From: Octopus sinensis
Lineage: Eukaryota
Direction of reading: 5' to 3'
Assembly: GCF_006345805.1 (NCBI RefSeq)
Contig: NC_043007.1
Span: 67,332,001-67,396,000 of the forward strand
DNA length: 64,000 nucleotides
Of the stretch, positions 36,930 to 47,490 are shown in pieces. Below the pieces are notes generated by a model that saw only the letters and a list, made by a program, of their open reading frames with translations, did no database searches and was not told the origin of the DNA. The translations under genes and the position numbers were made by a program. The number at the start of each line of letters is the position of its first letter. The stretch's first letter is position 1.

Positions 36930-37790
36930 GAGCAAGGTAAGGAGGCTAAGGAGAATGAAACAAAACTTCCATATTTAGTTCCATAATCTTTTCCTGAGCA
37001 ACTTCTATAGTATGTGGTCTTGCAATATGTAAAAGCAATATCCCTTTATGATTAACCAATGATGGATGCTTTTTCTGCAAAGTTTTGTCCAATGCTTCCA
37101 GTTGACAGCAATACTTCTCCGCATTAACCATTTTATTCTGGTTTACCACTCCATGATAGACTACAACCATCATATCCTACCAAACACAGAACATAAGAAC
37201 ATAACTTTTTTTTACCGTAGTCCTGGTTTGGAGATGGATTCTCCTTTATATTGGGTGCTAGTCATTGTCATTTTTCATTGGATATGATTAAAGGGAACCC
37301 ACTTTTCATCTCTTGTGATGATTCTACCCAGGTAAGGTTCTGTAGCAAGCTTACTTTCTTCAATGACATGCAGAGGGTAGCTCTTTGATTCAGTTGAGAA
37401 GTAATCAGATGAATAGGGAGTCAATGATCAAGTTTAGACACTTTTCTTAGTTCATGAAAGTGTTTTATGAGCAAAGTGAGACTTGAATCAAGCTGATTTG
37501 CTAATTCTCATGCAGTTTGTCTTAAATTTTTCTCAACTATGGTTTTCAGAAGTTCAATATTGACAGAACTTGGTTGTTCAGATTGAGGGGAATCTGCTAG
37601 AGAGAATTTTCCAGAGTGAAACTGGCCAAGCCATCATTGAATTGTTCAGACACTTAAAACTGTATTTCCATGGACAGAACGAATATTTCTTGCCACTTCT
37701 ATTGCTATAGAGCCCTTTTTGAATTCAAACAGCATGCAGTATCTGATATGGGTGTTATCTAAACCCATTTTAAAAGAGTAAAATCAATAT
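36930..37790 (-). pseudogene. Degenerate mariner transposase fragment
   Basis: ORF 36946-37173 VVNQNKMVNAEKYCCQLEAL...HPSLVNHKGILLLH.ARPHT...VLFHSP. Confidence 0.8.
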
Positions 37791-37829
37791 GAATTTATGT
37801 CTATGAATTTATTTTGCGAAATTCCTGAT

Positions 37830-38225
37830 GTGTTGAAACAGATATTGTTGTATTTCAGGATGGTCATTTTTTTTTAACTTGCCAAATAAACACCTGTACT
37901 ATATATTTGTTCTTCACTCATTTGTTGTTGTTCTTATTTTATCTTATGTCCATTGTCTGAAAATCTTACGTCACACATCTCTGGCATCTTCAGCAACTCT
38001 TCCATCCCATGTGTCTCCTCCTGAAACAGAACAGAAGGAGACACATGGGATGGAAAAGTCACTGAAGAGGTCACAGATGTGTGACAAAAGATTTCCAGGC
38101 AATGGACATCAGATAAAATAAGAACAATAATGAACACATGAAGAACGAATATATAGCGTGTGTGCTTGTTTGGCAAGATAAAAAAAATTACCATCCTGAA
38201 ATATAACAAAATATGAATTCAACAG
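37830..38225. repeat. ~390-bp foldback palindrome, 16-nt loop
   Basis: Arms pair end to end (ccatcccatgtgtctcct / aggagacacatgggatgg; tttcaggatggt / accatcctgaaa); roughly 80-85% identity by eye. Confidence 0.9.
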
Positions 38226-38818
38226 TCATCATCATCATCATTTAATGTCTGTTTTCCATGCTGGCATGGGTTGAATGGTTTGATAGGTGCTGGCAAGTCA
38301 AAAGACTGCACCAAGCTCTTGTCATGAGGATGGGTAGTAGAGGGGAGATGCAGGATATAGCGACTGCTTAAAAGTGTCTAATCAAGAGACCTTAATGGCT
38401 TACTCAAGATACAGGAACAAATCGTTCTTGAATGAAACTGAGATGTGAGTTTCTCTGAATTTACTCATATTTCTAGCTTGCTTGAGGTGGGACAAGTGAA
38501 ATAACATATCTTTAAACACGTTCACTCAGCCATTGGTTATTTTAGAGATGTGCGGCTGTTCAATTTTGTTGAAGCTTGATCCTTGATTGCTTGGCAAGAT
38601 CTGAGATGCGTTTTCTCTGGGTGACCTCAGAATTTTGCAAGTCTACCAGATAGATGGAAGAGCATTATAGAAAATGAAAGAGAGTATATTTTAGATTAAA
38701 GAAGAACTTTGTTTATCTTAATTTTGAAAAATAAAAGAGGTATTAAAAAACTGCATTATTTATGGAATGACCCAATATCATCGTAATCTGCAAAAATGAA
38801 AAAAATATCAGAATTTAA

Positions 38819-39212
38819 CCCTTTAGCATTCAGATTACTCTGTCAAATGTGATGCTTATTTATTCACATAATTTGAATTAAATATGTATTATCTCATAAC
38901 TTCAAGATTTCAATGATGTGATTGTTTATTTTTAGAATGATTTTGTAGGGTATGAGTGAGAGGCCAAATCTGGCCAATTTGAACACAAAACAGTAGAACA
39001 TTTGGGCCAGATATGGCTGGTTTAACCCTTTTGTTACCGTATTTATTTTGAGATTGTGTTTCTTTCAATCAATTTTAAATATAACAAAGAGTTTAATAAA
39101 ATAACTTAGTTATCATTAAGCTGGTGTTAGGAACATGAACTGTGACTAAGGTTTGATGGAAGATTTTAATTCAAAACTTATAAAAACAAGACATTTGTAC
39201 TACAGAGCAGAG
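38819..39212. mobile_element. piggyBac-type MITE B (38819-39021) joined at an internal TTAA to a truncated MITE A (39026-39212)
   Basis: TTAA|ccctttagcattc...ggt-TTAA|cccttttgttaccgtatttattttgag; second MITE B copy at 39763-39983. Confidence 0.75.
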
Positions 39213-39643
39213 TTAAAGCTTAATGTTTACTTTACTGTAAGTACTGAAAAAGTACCCTAAAGTGATCATGTCAGAAATGCAATGAGATTTTACTTCCAAC
39301 ATAATATAACACAGATCTATGTGTGTTTTTTTTTCTTCCATTTATACATACAAATATACAGATATATGTACATACACATTTTTTTCAATAAGAGAAAGCA
39401 AAGTTATTCTTTTCATCCATTTATTGACCTTTTAAAGTGGTCTCTAACTATTTGCAAGACTATTTGAAATCTGATCTTCATCCATTCAATAATGAACAAA
39501 CTATAGAGAAATTATCAAAGTCTAAACTCACCACTTTTTCAATTACACAGTGAATGAATAATAATGAAGTTCCTTGCCTCGTTTATTCAAGGCAGGTTAG
39601 CAAAATTCTGTAAATCCTTTTGTTACTGAACAAACAAGGACTT

Positions 39644-39757
39644 TATTCTACTATATACTTCTATCTTAAAATCCTTATTGGCAAATCATATTATGATTAA
39701 TATTCTACTATATACTTCTATCTTAAAATCCTTATTGGCAAATCATATTATGATTAA
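39644..39757. repeat. Perfect 57-bp tandem duplication
   Basis: tattctactatatacttctatcttaaaatccttattggcaaatcatattatgattaa x2. Confidence 0.95.
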
Positions 39758-39762
39758 ATTAA

Positions 39763-39983
39763 ACTCTTTAGCATTCAAATTATTATGTTAAATGTAATGC
39801 TTATTTATTCACATTGTTTTGAACTTAACATGCATTATTTTGTAGCTTTGAGATTTCAATAATGTGACAGCTTATTTTTAGAATGACATTGTAAGATAGG
39901 TGTGAGAAGCTGGATCTGGTTGGTTTGAATATAAAACAAGAAAAATATATGGGTTGGATAAAACTGATTTAAGTTCTAAAGAA
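39763..39983. mobile_element. piggyBac-type MITE B, degenerate
   Basis: TTAA|actctttagcattc ... ctaaagaa|TTAA. Confidence 0.7.
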
Positions 39984-40619
39984 TTAAAGAATTTTATTTT
40001 CTTCAGTAAGCATACACTTACAACCCTTTTCAGTTTGATGATTTACATATGATGTTGAATTGGCTTACTATTCTTTTCCAATGAAGAAAATTAATTTTTG
40101 ACTCGATTTTTTGCTGCATTTGTTTTGCAATTCTTCTAAGCAAAAGTTTTCTTTTGCTTATAAAATATGAAAATTTCTGGATTGAATCCAACCAGGTGCA
40201 TTCCTTTTAGTATGTCCTTTCACCTACATGAAAAACTTTGTGATATTCAATTCTTTTATCCCTTCTGTCATCCACAATTTCTCTAACCATTATATATGCA
40301 CTAAATTTATTCTTAAATTCTCGAACTTAATTTGCATGAACTAAGTCCAAGTATTTATCATTATTGAATTAAATTGCTATTTTGTTGGGAATATTCATCT
40401 TTTGTTTTTAATTTCCTTTGTCCTGTGATTCATTTATCTGGAAATATTGTTTAATTGACAATATATCATTTAAGTGACAATATGATGCAACATACAAGCT
40501 TCCTATATAATCAGGCTTGTGTAGCCAGTTCTCATCTTATTTCATATCTCGTCCAATAGAAGATGTTGTCTTTTTTGATTCATTAATACTTTAGTTTCTA
40601 TTCATTTTTTGCTTTAGAG

Positions 40620-41340
40620 CCATGCAAGCAAAGAGACAAACTTAGGAAGTTTGGAAGAACAACATGAAATAATCAGAAGAGAAGCTGCACATCAGGTATA
40701 CTGAGCTAGGAGAGAAGTAATAAATTTGCACATGTTCCATGATATGAGAATGAGGCATGAGGTGTTCCAGATTGCAAGGCTGTGTAATAGCAAGAATTGA
40801 GATGTTGGGAGGTGTGACTGAAATGATAACAATGTATTTTCTCCTCTCTGACACCAAGGGGAAAGAAGTCAGGAAATACTACTAGATGTTGTTGGATGAA
40901 GAGAATGTCTGAGGAGAGAGATAAGATCCTACTGCCATTGGAAAAGTAGTCATACCCAATATTCAGAAAAGGAATAGGTAGCAATTCTATACAGTATACT
41001 TCATATATGGGCACACAAAAGGTGTTGTGGAATGAAATGCAGGCTAACAGGAAAGGTAGACCTCATATGTGGTAGAGGAAGAAATGTATTCAGCAGTAGA
41101 AGAACACATGAAATAAATTCTTTCAAATGTTCAAAGGCTCCATAGAAATAGTTGATAGCCTTTGCTGCTTAGCTAACCTAATTAGTAGCTGAGAAGGGTA
41201 TCCCAAAAGCATAGTTGTTAGAATAAGAGCTTGATGTAAAAAGTCGAGGGATATACTAACTTTACTAGCAATAAATGGGCTTGTCACTCAGAATGAAGAA
41301 CAGGTATGAATAAGGCTCATATACAAAGAGTGAGCTGTAT
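40620..41340 (+). pseudogene. Highly degenerate RTE LINE fragment
   Basis: Remnants RREAAHQVY.ARRE, LLDEENV, GSIEIVDS.C.L, GLSLRMK. Confidence 0.55.
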
Positions 41341-42429
41341 TGAAGCGAATTGACCTCTAATGTTGAGGATTTATGAAGACTAGAAAGAAATTGTTAGGGC
41401 ATGCTGTACTAGATGTGTAATGTTAATAATGAAAGAGAGAGCACATATATTTTCTTGCTGTAATTTTCATTCACTCTCTCTTCCTTTAGTCACTCCTCTA
41501 TTACTCTTTCATCATTCTCTTGCTGCGATTCTCTTTCCGCATTCTCTTTTTCATCTGCCAAGAGTGAGACAACACTGATGGAAAAGAGAGAACATAATAT
41601 AGAAACAACTCCTTAGTATTGCTAAGGATAAGACAACCTCTCTAGTGCTGTTGCCACAATAAAATAAAACCCAGTACATCCTGTAAAGTGATTGTTAAAT
41701 GAATGGAGAAAATGTGGGGAAGAAAGGTAAACTCTTTAATCTTGCTGAACAATCTCTCTAATGTTGGTTCCACGGTAGAGTGCACTCAGTAGACTCTGTT
41801 AAGTGAGTGGAAAACGAATGGAAACAATTAAGGGTTTTTTTTTTAGTGAAAATCCTGTGGGTAAAAGGATCAAAATTTAGCAAGAAAATTTTGGTATTCA
41901 CTCAAATCTTGTTCTCCCGTGGCTTGTTAGCGATGTAGCTGAAGACGGAGAGTCTTCAACATGGAATTGAAACTGTAACAATCAGCACGGCGAATAAGGA
42001 ACTGCCGTGTTTACTTCTCTCTCTCACTCTCTCTCTCTCGCCCTGTCTGTTCTATGTATGTCATAAATAGTATTAATTTCAAGGACTTTCAATAACTCGT
42101 GTGTGTATGCACGTATTAATTTTCCTTGTGATTTTCATATTATCAAGTGAGACTGCATTCCTACAGACTTTTTCAAAAGAAAAAAAAAAACAGAAGTACA
42201 AGAAAACGACAGAGAACAAGTAACATGATCACCTTTAAACATAAACAGTACTGTATAGATACATAAAAAAAGCATTTCAAGAAGAATAAGTTAGGGAATA
42301 AATAAGAATGGTAATATCGTAAAAGTACATTCTTACCATTAAAGATGTCGACCATTGTGGGAAGGATGGTGATGGAATGAGCATTACAAGGAGGATGAGG
42401 GACAATGTTTACTATCTTATAGTTCATTA

Positions 42430-43150
42430 GGCCCGTTCATTATAACGAACATTAGCTTGTGGGATGAAGAACTTATTCAAAGTTGTTTGTTGTTTATGAT
42501 ACTGCTGTGTGTGTATGTGTGCGTATAGCTGCTCAGTGCCTCTCCGAAAGAGAGAGAGGGATACATCATCTTTTGGTACAGCTCAGTATAGGAATTCATT
42601 GTAAATTCCTCTTGTAATTTTTATGTTACGTTCACAATCAAAATTTGCAGATCTTCCTTGAACAATACTTGCAGTCAGTTTATGTAGTGAAGGTAGAACT
42701 TCCATTATCTCATCTGAATTCTCAGCTTGTTTTTTTTTTTTTTCATTAGATAAACTTTCTCTCTTGAACACTATCAACTCTATCACATCATCCTCTATGA
42801 CTTCTACATTCTTTGCAAGTATTACAATATCTTTCAGAATTTGGTATAGACTTTCTGTTTGGGGAAAACTTGTAATGTCACGGATACAGTCTGTCCATAT
42901 ACTTTTCCAAATGCTATTCATAATTGTAGGTTTCATTACATTCCATGACTCAAATATATCATCCACAGTCTCTGTTATGTTGAATTTCTTCCAGAAATCT
43001 TTAACTGTAATCTTTATTCTCTCTGTCAGTTGCTTTCATAAGTTGTTTGGAAGTTCTTCTCATATAATACATCTTGAAGTTAACTACTACACCTTGATCT
43101 ATTGGCCGGAGCAAAGTTATATACTTGTGGATATATTCTACTCTCACATA
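42430..43150 (-). pseudogene. pogo/Tigger DDE_1 transposase C-terminal fragment
   Basis: ITLLRPIDQGVVVNFKMYYMRRT and DDIFESWNVMKPTIMNSIWK match the Tigger QPMDQGVI..FK.YY motif region. Confidence 0.8.
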
Positions 43151-43336
43151 AATAGAAAGGTCATCTACAGGGCCGGCCTTAAGCCGATTGGACCAATTGC
43201 TCCCAATTGGGCCCCACGCCGAAGGGGGCCCCACATTCAAGAGACCACATTCTATACTGTGACATTTCATAAAAGTGGTCTCCCTGATCTCTTTTAAAAT
43301 AATCTTAATGTGATGGACTAGCCTAGCGTCTGTACA

Positions 43337-43578
43337 TCTACTATAAAATGGGAAGATTTTCCCAGTTAATTCCTAAGGGAGGTGAGTTTTTGCTACGAGC
43401 AGTCTTGAATGTTTGATGTGAAAGCAGTTTGGTTCCACTTCAGCTTGAACAAAATTGTAACCGGAATCCTTGACACTATGCTTTGCGCCTTAACATTTTA
43501 AACAGAACTAAATATAAGTTTTTCTCAAAAAGGCTACATCATCCAAACAGACCGGGTGAAACTGGACTTAGCTGCTAG
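43337..43578 (+). mobile_element. Short non-autonomous Helitron (~242 bp)
   Basis: A|TCTACTATAAAATG 5' end; ccgggtgaaactgg hairpin; CTAG|T. Confidence 0.7.
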
Positions 43579-43587
43579 TAATATATA

Positions 43588-43734
43588 TATATTTGCCACC
43601 GAAATGTGGCTAACCCTTAAGGGTTGATGCTACTGTAGCTTGTAGCCCCAGGAAGACATCTTCTCATTTTCTGGGGCTATAAGCTACAGTAGCTTCAACC
43701 CTTAAGGGTTAGCCACATTTCGGTGGCAAATATA
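43588..43734. repeat. 147-bp near-perfect palindrome (mini-MITE or hairpin RNA) with TA flanks
   Basis: ~66-bp stem with 3 mismatches, ~14-nt loop. Confidence 0.9.
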
Positions 43735-43805
43735 CTTCACAATGTCATGCTGCTACTGTTTATACCTCGCTCAGAGATTTATTATCAAATATATATATAT
43801 ATATA

Positions 43806-45367
43806 CTAGCAGAGATACGCAGCGTTGCCTGTGTTACATGCAATTGAAGAATTAGACTTTTCTGTTATATTTTCTGTAATGAACTAGAATACCTGTTTCG
43901 AATTTCATCAAAATTGCAGATGAGGGTTATTTCCCTCTTTACACACCCTAAAGAAATTGTAATCATGACACATGTATCCCATACTACTGAATTTTATGTG
44001 TAGATTCCTAAATTCCAATCTTATAGAACCTGTTAAAAGGATTTTGCTCCTAAAAAATGGAGGTCATGGAGCTCTAAAATGTGTGAGTTAAGGCCCCTAT
44101 TGGGGGTGGGTGTCTTAACGTCAAGCAGAGAAGTTGAATTCTTGAGAATGTTTTTAACTTGGGTCTTATATCTATTGTTTGAATTTCTTTGAAATAGGAA
44201 ATATATGTATGTTCACTGGGTTTGTAAAAGAGAGCAAAGCTACAGGAAATCAAAAGACGAATGATCATAATAAGCAGTCAGCTACCGTACCCAAGTTGTT
44301 ACCACTTCCAATGTAGGATTCCTCACCATACAGGTGACAGGCACAGCCGTAAGATGCATTATGGATCTATAGCAATTTTTAGGGTGTGACCCAACTGAAA
44401 TAAACATTAACAACTGTGTGACGTGAGGGCTAAGGAGAAATGAAAGTGTCACGTCTGGAGTTTGCAAATGACCACTATACTGCTACGTAACTGGGCAGAA
44501 TAAATTTACAATGTATAAATGTCTTTGAATAACCAGTCACTCATCTGGGAAGGCCTTGAAATCAATGTTACCATTTGGGGACTATGTGTGACCCAGTGAT
44601 AATAAAAAGACTCATGGGATGTCTGCAACCAAATAACTTTACTCAACACTTTGCAACTGAATTAGTGGAGGCAAAGATGCCTCTCATTTACTTGACAATT
44701 TATGCACCACATTGTAGAAATCACAATCTAAGTATATCTCAAAGCAAACTCTTGCACTGTTGTACCATCGAATTACAAATAATGCTCATCTTTTATGCTT
44801 GAGTGACCCTACAGCTTCCAAGAGCACAACTGTATTCATCTTTGCTTAGATAAAATGAGTAAATTGTGGGTGTTAAGTCCCCATGAAGGGGTCTTTCTAA
44901 CTTCTAAGAAGTTACTTACTTCATTTGTGTCTAATATCTATGGTTAAAATTTCATCAACAGCAAAAATATCATGGGGGTTATGGCCCTTATGCGTAGAAT
45001 ATAATTTCCAAATTTTGTAAAGATCCATTCAGTACCTTTTAACCTAGTTTTGGATCATAAAAGAAATTACTAAAAGTCCCTCATTAGGGTGTCTGAGAAT
45101 CCTCATGAGAAGTGGAAACTTCGAGAATACTTCTTGATGTGTGTCGATTACCCATGGTTGAAATTTCATCAACATCGAAAATTTATGAATTTTCATGGGG
45201 GTTCTGCCTCCTTTAAGCCATCTGAAATTCAAACCAAACATATTGCATTATACCCACCCTTATGTATTGAATCTAAGTTCCAAATATCATTAGGATTGGT
45301 GCAGTAGTTCTCGAATGTAAAAATAACACACGAACACACATAAAGACATTGACTTTGATATAATAGA
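43806..45367 (-). mobile_element. Non-autonomous Helitron with ~770 bp of unidentified internal sequence
   Basis: Minus 5' A|TCTATTATATCAAAGTCAATG...cgagaactactgcaccaatc; 3' caggcaacgctgcg...CTAG|T. Confidence 0.7.
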
Positions 45368-45795
45368 TGTGAATATATAATAGATATGATATAATAGATA
45401 TAAATATGCATACATGTATATATATATGTATAGATATGAATATATATACATGTATATATATGTGTGTGTATTATATATATATATATGTATGTATGTATGT
45501 AATACACACAAACACAAAGATGAATTGATAGATACAACTGAGTGGGCAAACAAAAATATGAGACATTGCCTAGTGCTTTTTTTATGTTGATAAGCCTGGT
45601 ACTTATTCTATTGGTTTCTTCTTATCAAACTAGTAAGTTATGGGGATGCAAATAAACGAGCAGCAGTTGTGAAGCAGTGATGAGGGCGAAACACAGAGAC
45701 AAAGACACGCACATACACTTACATAAATATATACATATATATACGATTGATTTCTGTCTACAAAATCCATATATATATGTATATGAAGTGAAAGA

Positions 45796-45822
<27 letters not shown>

Positions 45823-45830
<8 letters not shown>

Positions 45831-46057
45831 TGAGTGAAGATGTGTGTTGTCATGTACGTATTTTTTTGCATGTATGTGTAAGCGGCACTCTCGCTCTCTA
45901 TCACACACACACATCTTTCATGTACACGTACATGCATCCATCTTTTATCTATGTATGTGTGCACGAGAGAGAGAGAGAGAGAGAGAGTGAGTGCCTCTCA
46001 CACATACATGCAAAAAAATCCGTACATGACAACATATCTTCACTCACTCACTCTCTC
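45823..46057. repeat. Imperfect hairpin with ~80-bp arms bounded by (GA)/(CT) microsatellites
   Basis: gtgagtgaagat...ttgtcatgtacg.atttttttgcatgtatgtgt versus acacatacatgcaaaaaaat.cgtacatgacaa...atcttcactcac. Confidence 0.85.
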
Positions 46058-46295
46058 ACACATATACACGTCCATCTTTCACTTGCTGCTCTCCCTTCAA
46101 AGCAAATGTCGCCTTTCAAAGAAGAGGGAAGGAATAACATTTTTTAACGGATATTCACGAACAATGACACGATCGAGCTTAACAACAATGTCAGGGTTTG
46201 CGGTACATTAGGAGGCCAGGGTAGTTGATTCCACACCAAAAAATCCGGATTTTTTTTTCCTGAACTTCGTGGAGGTGCACTAGTAAAATTTCGAA

Positions 46296-46608
46296 GAAAT
46301 CAACCCCAAGACTTATACTTTGTAAGTCTGTTACTTACTCGATCAGTTTACTTTGCCGAACCGCTAGATTACGAGGATGTAAACACACTAGCATCGGTTG
46401 CCAAGTGATGGTGGTGGTGGGGGACAAAGACACACACACACACATAAATAAATATGTATATATATGTACGACTAGCTTTCAGTTTCCGTCAACAAAATCT
46501 ACTCACGAGGCTAGAGTTGAAGACACATGTCCAAAGTGCCATGCAGTGGGACTGAACCCGGAACCATTTAGTTAGGAAGCAAGCATACCACATAGCCACG
46601 CCTGCGCT
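46296..46608 (-). mobile_element. SINE family 1
   Basis: gccatgcagtgggactgaacccggaacc...agccacgcctgcgc head on the minus strand. Confidence 0.85.
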
Positions 46609-47293
46609 TCATAAATAAAAAAAAATTAATAAGAAAGCTACCCTTCCTCCCATCATTTGAAAGAGTGTGAGGAAAAAAAAACCCCGGAAAACTACCCGTC
46701 AAAACGGATAAAATGCAACTTATATGGGTGTGCTATTCCGAAAGTCCGCTAAGGCATTATATATACATGTATGTATGTGCATGTATAGGTGTAGCGTGAT
46801 GGCAGTTATTCAAATCGATAACAATGTACTTTGATCTTAAATAAAACGCAACTAAGAAGTGTAGTTTTAAATTGTTTACAATTTAAAACTACGCAATACG
46901 ACTTTCCGTAAGAGCGAAATTATAGACCGTATCCCGAAATCCTGTAAACTGTGGTGGCCATCACGCGGGGGTGCCTGTATGTGTGTGTGTATGTGTGTGT
47001 GTGTATATAGCAGCGCACAGGGAAGTAGTAAGAATGACAGTAATGTTATGAGCAATAAGATAATTACGAAAATTGCATTTAAAAAAATTAACCCTGAAAT
47101 GAAGCATTTTAAACTAAATGATAATAAGTAAATAAATAATAGATATTAAAAACATAAACAAAAACTTTTTTTCGAAAAGTAATTATGTTTGCGTCAGAAG
47201 AAAGTAGTAATAGCTTTTAAGAGGCAGGGAACCAAGTCTATGGTAAATATTCCCATTGAAATCTCGTTCTATTATTGTCATTGAAAAGGCAAA

Positions 47294-47359
47294 TCTCGCG
47301 AGAATTGTCAGTTGTAGCTACCCCCCTACAGGACGCTGGGTTATTATCGCCTATATAAG
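47294..47359 (+). promoter_or_regulatory. Candidate Pol II promoter: TCTCGCGAGA palindrome and TATATAAG in CpG-retaining unique sequence
   Basis: TCTCGCGAGA at 47294-47303; TATATAAG at 47352-47359; 46.6-47.7 kb is visibly richer in CpG than the flanks and lacks the common repeats. Confidence 0.5.
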
Positions 47360-47469
47360 CAAGACGAGCTGCAAACATCTGTGGCTTCCAAGAAGCCAGC
47401 ACGCCACTTCGCTCATAACGATTGTCTGTTAGAAAATACATGTACACAGATTATAATATATATTAAATC

Positions 47470-47490
47470 ATGGCTGCACCCAATCAAGTC
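47470..47490 (+). CDS. Candidate first coding exon (MAAPNQV) of an unidentified gene
   Basis: aatcATGG start context, 7 codons, then GTAAGT donor at 47491; ~110 bp downstream of the TATA; no second exon identified. Confidence 0.45.

Noticed and set aside
43168-43235. hAT-type MITE beginning CAGGGCCGGCC
   Set aside because: Only one terminus is visible; no matching GGCCGGCCCTG end or 8-bp TSD was found, so it is not listed as an element.
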